NCBI GenBank assembly: GCA_030295235.1
Contig: AP026169.1
Span: 62,001-126,000 of the forward strand
DNA length: 64,000 bases
Source: Fistulifera solaris
Lineage: Eukaryota
Reading direction: 5' to 3'
Part shown: positions 23,668 through 35,884 of the stretch, piece after piece
How positions within the stretch are numbered: the stretch's first letter is position 1
Layout of the letters: every line of letters starts with the position of its first letter
Notes under the pieces: generated by a model
What the model saw: the letters and a program-made list of their open reading frames with translations, nothing else
What the model was told of the DNA's origin: nothing
The model's database searches: none
Program-made: the position numbers and the translations under genes

Positions 23668-24037
23668 TAATCGTGTCATATAAGAGTTGAAACTAGAATG
23701 TCTCTTTTGAGCTATCTTTTTGGCTATTGGATGTAATGCGTTTTCCTTGTTGTTAAGACGTAGCTGCTATATAGGCACTGTAGTGCTGGAAGAATGTGAT
23801 GCAGCTAGAAAATTATCGTTATAATTAGCTCTTCATCCTTTCTGTTGCAAGCAAGAGCATCCGAACGGTAAATTCCGATAGTTTAGCACGAAAGATGTTG
23901 AGCATAGAATTCGAGGAATCACTCACTCGTCGTAGAATCATTTGAACTAATTCTGTCCATGAAAGGGAAAGCTTTAATACTAGTCTACTGGTAATAAATG
24001 CTAGCTTAGGATGCTATGCTGATGTCCTTATGCCGCA

Positions 24038-24060
24038 TCTCTCTCTCTCTCTCTCTCTCT
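24038..24060. repeat. (CT)n microsatellite
   Basis: About 11 TC units in intergenic DNA. Confidence 0.9.
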
Positions 24061-24921
24061 AGCTATCTAGCGAGTTCTCTATCTAAAGCGTCTGGTCGCC
24101 CGTCGCCCGGGTAGGTTTAGATGGAAGTCCAAAGTCCACGCGGCACTCGAACGGGGCTCAAAGCGGTATTCAAAAGAGGAAACTCCGCCTCTATGGCTAA
24201 CGGTCGCCGGGTCGCTAAATCCAGAACCACTGTGGTTATGATGTACGTTGGCGGTCTAAACAACCATCGCTTGATACTCGCCACTATCAATCTTGAGTGG
24301 TACCGCTTTCCATACACGATAGTACGAATAGATTTCAAAACAGTGCTTTCACGTTTCTTCATTTATGAAGAAATTATATACATCGGTAACGGTTGGCGGA
24401 ACTTTATTTCGGCTATTTAGAAGATGCAGTCCCAACAATTAGGAGAGCGAGATTGAATTTCTGCCTAAATGTGGAACCGTTGAGGACGCCTTCCTCCACG
24501 ATACGCAGTCCATCACAAAATCGGTTGAACGTCTCTTTGTTGTCGTTGAACGCATCCCGGTCCGCCCATTCAACGAGTCCAACGTTCGGTTGGTAGAGGT
24601 ACGTTGCTGTGAAGTGAATCGTAAACACGACCATGGAAGTTTTCTTCCACGCTGCTGAACGCAGCGTAGGCGACGCTTTCCGCGAGTGGCTATCATGTGG
24701 TTGCTCTATTTAATCGGCGTCTTTTTTTCCTAGGACTCGACGTTTTGTCGTCTCTCTCTTCTACAACTCAACGTTTTCTCACAGAACGTACTTTTGATTT
24801 TGTTTTTGATTCATCAAACGCATAGAAACTGGCAGGTATCCTCCTTTTTAGACATTATTAACTCCCTCGACATCGCCCGCCCGCTTGACAATAATAATAG
24901 CTGTGTTTGAAATTTTGCATT

Positions 24922-27513
24922 ATGGAAGCCGTGACCAGTAAAAGTGAAGCAAAGACCCCGCCGTCGATCATTACGGTCGATCCCAACAGCAACACAAAAG
25001 AAGACGAACGACAAAGTACGAGCAGTAGTAAAGATGGATCGACCGCTCGGACACCCAAGCACGCCAACAAACACTCTACGGAAGGAAAGGAGCCACCGCG
25101 GAAAAAGAATCTATTTCCAGGCTACGAAGATGGGAGAATGAACAATCGCCATTCGTATCCACCCGTCCACGGAAACCCAGCAATTCATATTTCGCCGACC
25201 GACAGCAACCGCCGATATTACGGAGTCGCTTATCACAACAATGGCGGACAGTATCCTCCGACGTACGATCAGCGATTTTACAGTGATTACAACGGCCCCA
25301 ATTATCATCCGCAAGGTCCATCTCACTACGGACCGCCACGCATGCCCATGTATCCTCCTCGCAATTATCCGGTCGGTAACGCGTGGGGGCCACCACCGGC
25401 ATCCTTTCCTCCCGGTCGCCATCCGCCGTCGCATCCAGTCAGTCGTGCGGTGTCGAGCTCCTTTGATCGGAGCATCAAAAGTCGAGAAGGCCGTGCACCG
25501 ATGGAGGCCCCAATGAGACACGATGATCGAAGCAACATTCCGGATGACGGTTCGTGGAAGCTTTTGAATCAAGTGCATTCGGTGGACGAAGACGACATTC
25601 AAAAGCGATCGCAAAGTATGGCGGCCAATGCCAATCTACAGCCGACTGGTTCGAATCACAGCAGCTTGACGAATTCTCCCACGGAAGGGTTGGAAAGCGG
25701 GAAGAAAGATGGACCAGACACCGACAAACTCAAGGCTTCGTTAGAATCACTCACGGGAGCCATGGAGATGGAAAAGAAGCCGCTCAGTCCAGGAGGTTCT
25801 ACGGGGTCGTTGGATTTGATGAAATGCCCCAGTGGGAGTAGTCAATTGTTACTACCGTCACATCAACGAAGTCTTTCTCAATTATCGTTGCCGCACTCGG
25901 ATTCTCTTATGGATACGGGGAAGCGAACACGCAGTGAAGAAAACGATCACGAATGTCGGGCCGACGTGGATACGAAAGAGGAAGACGATACGGGTAGAGA
26001 ATCCGCAACAGAACCGGACACCAAGCGAAGTCGTAGAGAGTTGCCGATGAAGAAGAAGGGAAGTCCGCTTTCAATTGTTTGCAGTCCACCGGCATCCCCT
26101 CGAGTGGAGAAGAAAAAGGGTGGAACCAAACTGCTTCAGCCGCAACCAATATACCCGACCAAAGGTCGTCATTCGCCCGGTTTTTACGACGCTCCCGGGT
26201 ACACGTATTCTATGGATTTGGGTCAATCGTCGGACCGTGCAGGTCAAAACATGACACCAACTCCAATGATTGTTGATTCGGACCCGAGAGGCCCTCCTGG
26301 GTTGGCACAAGTTTCGTCGTGGGATTTGCAACAGCAAGACAGTTTTGGAGCGGGTGGAAGTGTCACGGGTGGTACTGGGGGACTCATGTCGTCCTTCAGT
26401 TTCCGTGACGATTATCCGATGCTATCCGCAAGTACGAGCATCGACAATGATGTTCACTATTCGCAGAGGGAACGGGAGCATCACCAACATATTGAAACCC
26501 GCAATCAGTCGTTTGACAGCCACTACCGCGGTAACTTTGGACGATCCGACAGCATGATGAGTTACGAACGCCATGGTCCGTATGATGGTGCCCACCCAGG
26601 TTACCCACCCCACCAACAGTTTCCTCCACACGCGCCGTCGTGGGGATCACAAGCCAGCTACCATTCGGGTCAGATGTATCCTCCTCATTACCGCGGAGGA
26701 TATCCAATGATGCGTAGTTTCTCTGAGGACAATAACAACAATGGTAGGTCCACTCCGCCGCCTGGAGGCATGCGTATGCTACCTCCTGGATTTCAGCCAC
26801 CGCCAGAGTTCTTAGCACCGCCGAGCCGTGTGAAGCAAAACGTTCAAGAGAATACTATCCTGACGTCTCCGTACAATGCCAATCCAAAGGCCGGCCCTTT
26901 CGGTTGGACAAAAGAAGAAGATGCCCGGCTGACGGAACTGATGAAGAAGTATAAAAATCCTCACGACTGGGAACCCATTGCCAAGGACCACAACCGGGGT
27001 CGCACCGCAAAAGAGTGTCACGAACGATGGATCCGTTACTTGAAGCCTGGTGTTCGCAAAGGTCAATGGACCGATCAAGAAGATGCAATTGTGATGGAAG
27101 CGGTAGCAACCTGCTCCGAACAACCTTTCACGAGATGGTCTGATTTGGCGCAGCGTCTTCCGGGTCGTGTCGGCAAACAGATTCGTGACCGATGGGTGAA
27201 TCACTTGAATCCAAATATCAACCACCTGCCCTTTTCTCGCGAAGACGACTTGTTGTTGTGGGAAGGACACAAGCGACTAGGGAAACGTTGGGTTGAAATT
27301 GCAACCAAATTCTTTCATTCGTCTCGTTCGGAAAATCACATCAAGAATCGGTGGTACAGTGCTTCGTTTAAGAAGTTTATAACAAATGAGTTCGGCCCAG
27401 ATGCCTACTCTGGTGGGAAGAAGAAGGACGATGCGTCGCCATCCGTAGTTAAGAAGAAAAAGCCTTCGTCTTCTTCTCCTCGTAAAGCGATGGAAGCTGA
27501 ACAAGAAGTATAG
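24922..27513 (+). CDS. R1R2R3 (3R) MYB transcription factor with C-terminal DNA-binding domain
   Basis: Three MYB repeats: WTKEED...ECHERW, WTDQED...QIRDRWVNHLNP, FSREDD...HIKNRW. Long Pro/Ser-rich disordered N-terminus; first ATG at 24922. Confidence 0.92.
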   Translation: MEAVTSKSEAKTPPSIITVDPNSNTKEDERQSTSSSKDGSTARTPKHANKHSTEGKEPPRKKNLFPGYEDGRMNNRHSYPPVHGNPAIHISPTDSNRRYYGVAYHNNGGQYPPTYDQRFYSDYNGPNYHPQGPSHYGPPRMPMYPPRNYPVGNAWGPPPASFPPGRHPPSHPVSRAVSSSFDRSIKSREGRAPMEAPMRHDDRSNIPDDGSWKLLNQVHSVDEDDIQKRSQSMAANANLQPTGSNHSSLTNSPTEGLESGKKDGPDTDKLKASLESLTGAMEMEKKPLSPGGSTGSLDLMKCPSGSSQLLLPSHQRSLSQLSLPHSDSLMDTGKRTRSEENDHECRADVDTKEEDDTGRESATEPDTKRSRRELPMKKKGSPLSIVCSPPASPRVEKKKGGTKLLQPQPIYPTKGRHSPGFYDAPGYTYSMDLGQSSDRAGQNMTPTPMIVDSDPRGPPGLAQVSSWDLQQQDSFGAGGSVTGGTGGLMSSFSFRDDYPMLSASTSIDNDVHYSQREREHHQHIETRNQSFDSHYRGNFGRSDSMMSYERHGPYDGAHPGYPPHQQFPPHAPSWGSQASYHSGQMYPPHYRGGYPMMRSFSEDNNNNGRSTPPPGGMRMLPPGFQPPPEFLAPPSRVKQNVQENTILTSPYNANPKAGPFGWTKEEDARLTELMKKYKNPHDWEPIAKDHNRGRTAKECHERWIRYLKPGVRKGQWTDQEDAIVMEAVATCSEQPFTRWSDLAQRLPGRVGKQIRDRWVNHLNPNINHLPFSREDDLLLWEGHKRLGKRWVEIATKFFHSSRSENHIKNRWYSASFKKFITNEFGPDAYSGGKKKDDASPSVVKKKKPSSSSPRKAMEAEQEV

Positions 27514-27613
27514 ATATTAGCAAAAACGAGAGGGATGGGATCTAAGGGGCTACTGCTTTGAAATGATGATGTATCATACTGACTACTTAAAAAGCTTTAA
27601 ATGGTAGTTATCA

Positions 27614-28340
27614 TTATGAAAAGAAAGGCGTGGTACTTTCTTGGCTGCATACGACAATGCTTTTCAAGATCTCAGTCGTCCTAATAGCACTCTTTAGCTT
27701 CTTTACCGTCTGCTCGGAGGGTTGCTCTTGTGGTGGATCACCTGAGTATTGCCAATCTTCAATGGTTTCATGAATTTTGTTCGTGTCGATCAAAACGTCC
27801 AACAACAACAATGCGTAAGGTGACTTTGATCTTCCTTGTCTTCAAAGTGAGTATTTTCGCTCTCTGATCATGCAAGGCTCCTCGTTTGATATCATCCCAA
27901 ACAGATGACTTACTTTTGAACTTTTCTAGGATGGGCATCCATGCCTTGTTTGACCGCGGTTTTCAGCTTTGTGGCCACAGACGAGTCGTCGTCAGCTGCA
28001 ACTGCCGAGATCCTGTTGGAAGGGGCAAGTATGCTGACTCGGTGCTGCTCGGTTACAACCACTGTATCAAGAACGATACGGAACTCACGCCGGAAGTGTG
28101 CCAAGGAGTGGCCGAGGGCTCCGAGAACGTTCACGGCGTGGAATTCGTCGAGCTCTTAGGCCTTGAAACCTGCCGCATCCTTTGCGACGCTGGCCTTGAC
28201 CTGAAAGGCTTGTGTCCTGCCGGTTTCCTTCCAACTCTTGGATTTCTTAAAAGTTGTGAAATTAACGGTGTCTTGCCTGCTCTTGGCACTACATGCTGCC
28301 GTTGCAAGCTTCAATTGCCCCTTCTTTAATTGATCAACCT
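27614..28340 (-). pseudogene. Possible decayed coding remnant of unknown origin
   Basis: One minus-strand frame reads VDQLKKGQLKL...AAGFKA*ELDEFHAVNVLGALGHSLAHFRREF...KVQK* through an in-frame TAA, followed by ORF 27614..27811. No family recognised. Confidence 0.25.
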
Positions 28341-28994
28341 AAGAGTGTTTGAATACAAACCTTTCGCCTCCTTTAGCGTCCAGTTCATTGAACTGTTTTG
28401 TTTATTGTTGTCGCAATCGCTAGGATGCAACCGTCACGAAGCCCGGTCGTGAATTGGAAAAAATAAGTGCGGTCTCACAAAAAGATGCAAGATCGCACCG
28501 CAAAGCGGCAGATCAAACATGGGAAAGAAGAATCCAATCACATTGCTATTCATTTGCATCAGTAAGTTAGTTAAAAACATTCAAAATGCACAATCGAAGC
28601 CGTGCGGTTGAAAGAATTTTCTTGCGATAGGAAACTGCCGAGACGCCAACCGCCATTGCTGGAATGGTGTCAGCTCGCAGATTGGGACTCTTCGATCCCA
28701 AACGGTCGTCTGTTGCGAGCGGATATTGGTTTGTAGAAAGTCTGTTCGATGCCGAATTTCAACGTTTTATGCTTTTCCAATGACTTCAGCCATTGTGATT
28801 TTGTCATTGAAAGCTTCTAGTTGGATTCGATGTAACTCATGCATTTTGCGTAACAAATGAACAGTTGTTAGTTTATGCGACACTTTTCAATGATTGATTC
28901 GTATTTGTTTGACGCAGCATTACAAACGTCACTCTATCATTTCCGACTCATAATTTCCGAACGATGATGATTCTCGTTCTTTCCGTTGTATCTT

Positions 28995-29557
28995 CTACAG
29001 GAGCTTCAAATGATCCGTGACACCGGTAAATACCGAAGTCGGTCCAAAGACTCCCAACACGGTCCGTGACCCTGCCGCAATTTGTGTCCGCCCGGCATCT
29101 TCTACCAGGTAATAAGGAATGCCTCGATTACGCACCAACGCCCGGATACGTTCCAATTCCTCTTGGGTCGGACATTGAACGGCAATTTTCGCACATCCCG
29201 TTTGTTGCCATGCCTGCAGAGCAATCGGACATTGTCGCGCCATGCGTTGATAACAACCCACGGCCGCGTGTCCGCATTGTGCCGCAATCTTGCCTTGCCC
29301 ATTTTAAGTTCTGTGTTGACGACTAAAACCATTTTGTACGGTGCGTGTCGTATCGTCCAGTTGGTGGCCGACAGTGTGTTCGTCTCGGTAGGTTGCGGAT
29401 CGTCGTCCGAATAGTCGTCTTCATTTTCATCATCGTCTTCTTCGTTGTTATCGTTGTTATTGACGACTAAGACAGTTGGCTTCAAATACCACGCCAAAGT
29501 AGGTAACAACGCACCCGCTAAAAAGTACATCCAGGGTGCTGCTTCGTTCGAATTCAT
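28995..29557 (-). CDS. PTH2: Peptidyl-tRNA hydrolase 2 (PTH2/Bit1 family); apparent frameshift at ~29295
   Basis: N-terminal TM; KMVLVVNTELKMGK|GKIAAQCGHA and VEDAGRTQIAAGSRTVLGVFGP...VTDHLKLL. Confidence 0.92.
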
Positions 29558-31129
29558 TTTGTCAACGATATACACTGCTGAAAGTACTTTGTATCGATGC
29601 AACACAAGTTACTGCTTATTAATATTATTGTTGCTTAATTCATATATATGAATGCCTTCGTTCGGCAAAGAAATACAAGAATAATGACACACAATAATGA
29701 GGAACCGCGTTTCTTCTCATCGTCTCATCGTCGTTCGTCGCGTTGGTTGGTCGAAGAAGAAGAAAGCAAGCAGAAGGAGCGGCGGATGACAGAAGGACGC
29801 GGGTGGTACCCACGAAACGCCCATTTCTGTCACGAATACGATCTTTCTTTTTTTTGTTTTATGGCTCGAGCAAGGGTCATTTTGTTCCGTGGACAAGATT
29901 GCAACCGCAACCAGCCTTTGATTGTTTATCAACCAAAGCCTGGTCCTGAGTTTGGAGAGCGCGTCATTTTGTTGTCAAAGGTCTAGTAGAAAGAAAATAT
30001 TCTCCACGTTACCAGGTAGCAATAACTACAGTGCAAATGTAGAGACGAATAAGTGCTACGAATGCACATCCGTCCTGAGTCCCGAATGTTGACTTGCGTG
30101 TTGCGTGTTACATTGTGACTTTTTAAAAAAAGTCTGTAGGGCATCTTGAACTTATTGTTTAAGAATCTGCACATACGTTTTGAGAATCCAGCCTTGCTTC
30201 TTTTTTGATTCTCGATGGACAAGCGAATTAGTAGGTCATCGATGGAAGATCAAAGCACTTTTAAGCAGTCTTTTGCCGTTGATTTCTGGTTGTTTTTCGC
30301 CTTTTGTCATCATCTGTCAACTGTCAGTCATCGCAAACTACGCCGGTTATCGTGTCATCACTATTTTAAGTTGGTGTCAACTAAGCTACAACGGGCGATA
30401 CCAGAATACAAAACCTCCGAAGAGAATCTGGCACCATACCTGGTACCAGGTAGACCCACCTCGCCGCTACTCTACTAACCAACATTATATACTTTCGTTC
30501 TTCGTTATTGTCATCACTCATCACCGCCGCCCACACTCTTTTAAGTCCTATGTCGAAAGTCGTTGCTGTCATTGTCGTTTTTCGTTAGCCTTCTGCCTTC
30601 TCAGCCCTCAGCCCTGGCAAATAGTGTAGAAGACGAAAGAGAAATGACAGGTGACAATTGACACACACATACTGGTACCAAATCCAACACGAGACAGGAG
30701 ACACGAGACCGCCTGCAATCCCATCTAGCGACGTGCGGAGAATAACTATTTTACGTTTTACGTGTTCAAACGCCCACTGCCCACTACTATAGTCTTTGAG
30801 GAAAAAGACAGGTAATGACAAATGACCAATGACGCACGCTCAACTTCAATCTAACATTTCATCACCGATGGCTCACGCGAATAACGAATCAGGCGAAACA
30901 GTAAATAGCTTGACATCATCACTCAAAAAGCCAAAGCGAATAAAAAGAGACGTCTTGACGCAATTCAACCCCACGGAATAGATCGTCGGTCATGCTGACA
31001 TGCTAAAGTCCTGTGGGACATTAGGCATTAGGCCCAAGGTTTCAAACGACGTCCAAAGTTTGAGATGATCCTGCTCCTTTCGGATCTCTCACAAAAAAAA
31101 CAAATTGTTACTTCTCTCGCTGGTTCAAA

Positions 31130-31698
31130 ATGACGACGCTTAAGCTGTTTGTGATGTATGCCTTGATGGGTAAGTAAAAGACTGCTCAATTGAAACCTTC
31201 TCGTTGCAAGACGTCGACGACTCATACCTCTTGTTTTGTTTTGGTCGGTCCATAGGTTTCACCTCGGCCTTGTTTGATCGCAGTCTGCAGATCTGCAACC
31301 GTGGTGGAGGCGGCGGTGGTGGTGGCGGTGGTGGTGATGTTGAGCCCACCCTCATCTGCGACTGTAACGATCCGGTGGGGCAAGGCTATTGTCGTAATGA
31401 GAATAATCAGCCTTACAACAGTTGCCTCAAAGAGGATACAACGAATACCATTACACTCGAGACGTGTAAGCAATTCACGGAGGGCATCCCTCAGGCTCGT
31501 GGACTGGGCTTTTATATTGATTATTCGTTCGATTCTAAAATTTGCGAGATTTACTTTGATTCGAGTGTTACATTGAACTCCCAAATCTGTCCCGCTGGTT
31601 TCAACACGAGATCGGTGGTCAATGCAGGAAGCGGCCCTGTCACCACGGTCTCGGCGAACCAAAACGTAAAGTGCTGCCGATGCGAGTTGTCCCCGTAG
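31130..31698 (+). CDS. Small secreted Cys-rich protein with RxL propeptide motif and poly-Gly linker; intron 31170..31255
   Basis: Exon 1 MTTLKLFVMYALM-G joins through a GTAAGT..CATAG intron in frame to FTSALFDRSLQICNRG(11)...; the mature region is Cys-rich. Confidence 0.75.
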
Positions 31699-32348
31699 AT
31701 GATGATTCATTCTTCTGTGTAGTACGTTCGATATAACATATAAGACACGATGAATATCTTCCGATTGTTTTTTTTGAAACTTGTTCGTCAAGTTAAATAT
31801 TGAATCTGCACGGACTGCGGTCGTGTAGACGTTTTTTTCATCAATATCTATACCAGTATCTATTCCAGTACCAGTACGTGGTATTCGATTTGACATGAAA
31901 GGCGCTATTTTCGAAAACGAATGAACAATAAGGTGGCGCGTGGGTGGCCGAAACGAAAGATGGTTCCAGCCAAAAAATAGTAGTAATTGCAATGGTGGGG
32001 TTGGTAGGTTGGTATTAGGAAAGATACTTGTAGTAGTAGCTCCACCTCCACCGTGGGTCCGTGGGTGGTTAGTACACTGAAAGTGTTTTTTAGACGTATT
32101 TTGTCTAACGAAAAAACGCGTATCGGTATCTAATCTTCTATGTATGATGGATGATGACTCCTTTTCTTTCGGTCACGCGTGATACGTAGTAGGTTGACTG
32201 ACCGTCGCACGCACCCGTTCAATCAACGTTCAACGGCATTTTATTTTTTTTTCTTCGCGACGACGACGACAAGAGGAAACAACGCTGTCTTTGGTTCACT
32301 ACTGCTGTAATTTTGTTTGGTTGGTCAAATACATATAACTATTTTCCG

Positions 32349-32349
<1 letters not shown>

Positions 32350-32381
<32 letters not shown>

Positions 32382-32418
32382 GAAAGCCGTTGTTGCTGTA
32401 CTCTTTTGTGCGGTCGCT

Positions 32419-32450
<32 letters not shown>
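32350..32450. repeat. (ATC)n run directly before the start codon and (ACA)n run encoding poly-Thr in the signal region
   Basis: About 10 ATC units ending at ATG 32380; ACA run at 32419..32450. Confidence 0.9.
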
Positions 32451-32451
<1 letters not shown>

Positions 32452-34365
32452 GCTGCCCATGTGATTATCCCGTTAGTGCCGCATCATGTGCAACAACAAA
32501 GACGACGACAATTAATATCCGTTCCTTCGTCCCATTTTATTTCCGAACGACCGCAGCGTTATCCCCGTTGGTTAAAAGAACGCGAATTACAAGATGACGC
32601 TCCTGTTGCACAACAGGTAGCTGGACTCTATCAAGGATATGGAGTACGTACAACAACAGTAAATTGAGAAATAATCATCTCGATGCTGTCGTTCGTTCTT
32701 TTGTGTTGTACAACCAACGAACTCACACTGTGCTATCTATCTATCCATCTATTATAAAAATAATAATAGACACATTACGCCGATTTGTGGTGCGGAACAC
32801 CTCCTCAACGTCAAACGGTCATTGTTGATACGGGTTCCGGAATTACCGCCTTTCCGTGTTCGCAATGTCAAAAATGTGGTGTCCCCGATTATCACTTGGA
32901 TGCCTTGTTTGATGAATCGGCCAGTAGTACCTTTTCCACGTTGTCCTGTGGCAGTTGTTTGCACGGTAGTTGTGATGTAACGAAACAACAATGTCAAATG
33001 GGACAATCGTATCAAGAAGGGAGTAGTTGGCGGGCACAAGAAGTCGTGGATCTCTGTTATGTCGGTGGCTTGCACACGGAACCTTTGACCGCTTCTACTA
33101 CCACGGCACACTTTTCCCAAAGTCTCGATCCGATGCACGCCCCCGATTTGGCATTCATGATGAAATTCGGTTGTCAAACATCCATTACCGGACTCTTTGT
33201 CACACAATTGGCCGATGGTATCATGGGTATGGATAAGGCCGAAAGCAGTTATTGGAAACAATTGGTCGACGCGCAGCGCGTCGATCAAGCCGCCTTTTCA
33301 CTGTGTTACAGTCGGAGTCCGACGGCCGCTCGTGAAGGAACGGCCGCGGGCGGTATGAGTTTGGGTGGTACGGATGCACGATGGCACGAAACACCCATGG
33401 TGTATACAGATCAATCGGGATCGTCGAGTGGATTCTATCAAGTCTATTTGCGCAAAGCGTATTTGCGCAATAATGCCGATCACAAAATTCACTATATCGA
33501 GGGATTATCGGAAAAAGATTTGAATCAAGGCAATGTCATTGTAGATTCGGGGACAACGGATACGTATTTTCATCAAAATTTTGGTCGCAAGTTTTATCCA
33601 CTCTTTCAAGAAATGACGGGGGAAAAATTCGGTCACAAGGGCATGTCTTTAACACAAGAACAAATTGATGCTTATCCGACCATATTGTTGCAATTGTCCG
33701 GTGATGTCGTTCGGAATCGACAAGTAGCCGAACAGCACGGTGGTACCGTTCAGGGACTGGTGGGTGAGTTGGATCCGGATCATCCCTACGATGTCTTGTT
33801 GGCAATTCCACCTTCGCATTATTTTGAATATGATGCGGAAGATAAGAAATATTATGCACGTTTTTATGCGGATGAGAAACGGGGCAGTGTGCTGGGTGCC
33901 AATGCTATGATGGGACACGATGTCTTGTTTGATATTGACAACAAAATACTGGGATGGGCGGAAAGTAACTGCGATTATAATCAATTGGTCGAACGCTATT
34001 CCAACGGCAAAGTGATTCCGGATGATCCGATTCCCAAACGCGAAGATCAGAAAAAGAATTCGGAGGAACCATCGAACAACGATGAAGAACGGTTCAAGCC
34101 GGAAGACGAGGATATGTACAGTCGAAGTGAACCGCCGTCCACACTGCAATTGTGCACCAGTAGCACGTGCCAAATCGGTGTTACGGTGTTTGTGGTCGGC
34201 GCCGTGATTGCCGTCGGTTACGTGCTGGCACAACGAACCACTGCTGGTTATAGTGGTGTTGGCGAAGAATTGACCGACGCGGAATTGGAAATGCAGTCTC
34301 CGCCCAGTATGCACTATCGTGACGACTATAATGATGATGACAAGGAAATACCTTCCATGACATAG
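32380..34365 (+). CDS. Pepsin-family (A1) aspartic protease, type I membrane, plasmepsin V/ASP5-like; intron 32644..32769
   Basis: Signal peptide; spliced YQGYG|THYADLWCGTPPQRQTVIVDTGS; second catalytic motif VDSGTT; FPCxxCxxCG insert; C-terminal TM (IGVTVFVVGAVIAVGYVLA). Confidence 0.9.
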
Positions 34366-34506
34366 ACTCTATAAACGCAACGGAGTAATATTAAGCAGCT
34401 CAAGGGTATCCGCAATCATTACCGCTGCCTATCTATAATCCCCGTGCTCCTCTTATGTATGCTTTACTTTAAAAATAGAATTGTTCCTTACGTCGTTTTG
34501 TTACTC

Positions 34507-35884
34507 TCACATGAACAACTCGGGTTTGCGTACCCGAATGAATTCTTCCAATCCATTCCAAAAGGTCGCGTACGCCACTTGATCCAATCCCCGCTTGTCG
34601 CGATTCAATGTGGCGACGTGGACCGCCCACGTCGCGACTTCTGGCGGCAACTGATCTCCTTCCATCGACACAAAGAATCCGTACACCTGATCAAACAGCG
34701 TCGCCGGTGTTTGATATCCTTCTCAACCAATCCTTGAATTGCCAACTCTGTCCCAAAACAATCACGGCCACGACCCGGTCCCACGCCGCCTGGCTGGTAC
34801 CCAATTTGCGCGGATTGTCCATAATTTCGTATTCAATGTAACGACCCGCTTCCTGGGGACGCGTAAAGGTCGTTAAGGGATTGCGGTGTTGATTTTGTTG
34901 CACCATTTTTTCTCGGGGCACGTATTTGGCATTCGCCAAGAATTCGTGCGCATTCACCAACGTCAGTGGTGCCGTCATGCCCTTTGGCACCAAAATGACG
35001 GGTTTTTGTCCCACTAAATGCGTCCGCAAGGGTTTGGCCGTAGGACTCGTAAAGACTTTGGAAGATGATTTCCTATTGTGGCTGTGATGCTGCGACGAAC
35101 CTTTGGTGGCTTCTTGAAACAATTCCACGACGCGTGACAAATCCTTCTGGGGATTGACGGCCCGCAAAATGGAAGCCGAATTTCCCACCGGGATTTCTTG
35201 TTGTAGAATAAGTTCGGTGCGGGGAGCGTGTTCTTGTAACAATTCCGGTGTTACGGCAAAGCCGTCCGCATTGAGTGCCTTGGTAATACGTTGCGCGAGT
35301 CGTTGCTCTTCATCGTCGGCTTGTTGCTGTAGCTGTAAAGGCTGTCGTTTGTCGACAACAACATTCAAGCGATCAAACAGTTGTTCATTGGTTACTAGCG
35401 GTTTGGGTAGTTTGCTCTGGGGTTGTGATGATGATGATAATGATTTGGAGGTATGATGCGATTTCTCTTTGCGTGGTTTTTTCGGAGGCGGTTCGGTCGT
35501 CGTGATAGTCGTCGGAACACCGATCGCTGCAACGGGTACTTCCGCAGCTGCAGCTTTTGCCGAAAAGAAAGCGACGACGAATGCTTTATCGGTGGCTTTG
35601 ACTGGATCAATGACATTGTATTTCTTACATTCGTTACGATATTGAATCAACCCTGGATGCAAAAGTTGCAAAAACAAGGACGCGGCCGAATAGGTACACG
35701 ATTTTGATGATGAATCAGCTATTGCTAGAGGCGTGTTGGCTGTTATTTTGTGACCAGAGTACTGCAATGTATCATTCTCAAAGACAACTTGCGGAAGCAT
35801 GTTTTGTTGCGTCCATTCTTGCAACAGTCGAACGGCTTCGCTTGCGGCGGAGGGATTGTTTGTGCTTGCGGCGGCTTCTGTCAT
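34507..35884 (-). CDS. CDC73: PAF1 complex subunit CDC73/parafibromin; apparent frameshift at ~34724
   Basis: PVILVPKGMTAPLTLVNAHEFL and WDRVVAVIVLGQSWQFKDW. An alternative frame continues ...LNRDKRGLDQVAYATFWNGLEEFI to TGA at 34507. Confidence 0.87.

Noticed and set aside
24117..24696. Short ORFs upstream of the MYB gene as a gene or TE fragment
   Set aside because: Fragmentary, with no transposase or RT motif and no terminal repeats seen.
27886..28329. 147-aa plus-strand ORF
   Set aside because: Non-ATG start and no motif; likely the antisense shadow of the minus-strand remnant.
29648..31100. Multiple 60-150 aa ORFs between PTH2 and the Cys-rich gene
   Set aside because: No coherent frame or motif; consistent with divergent promoter DNA.
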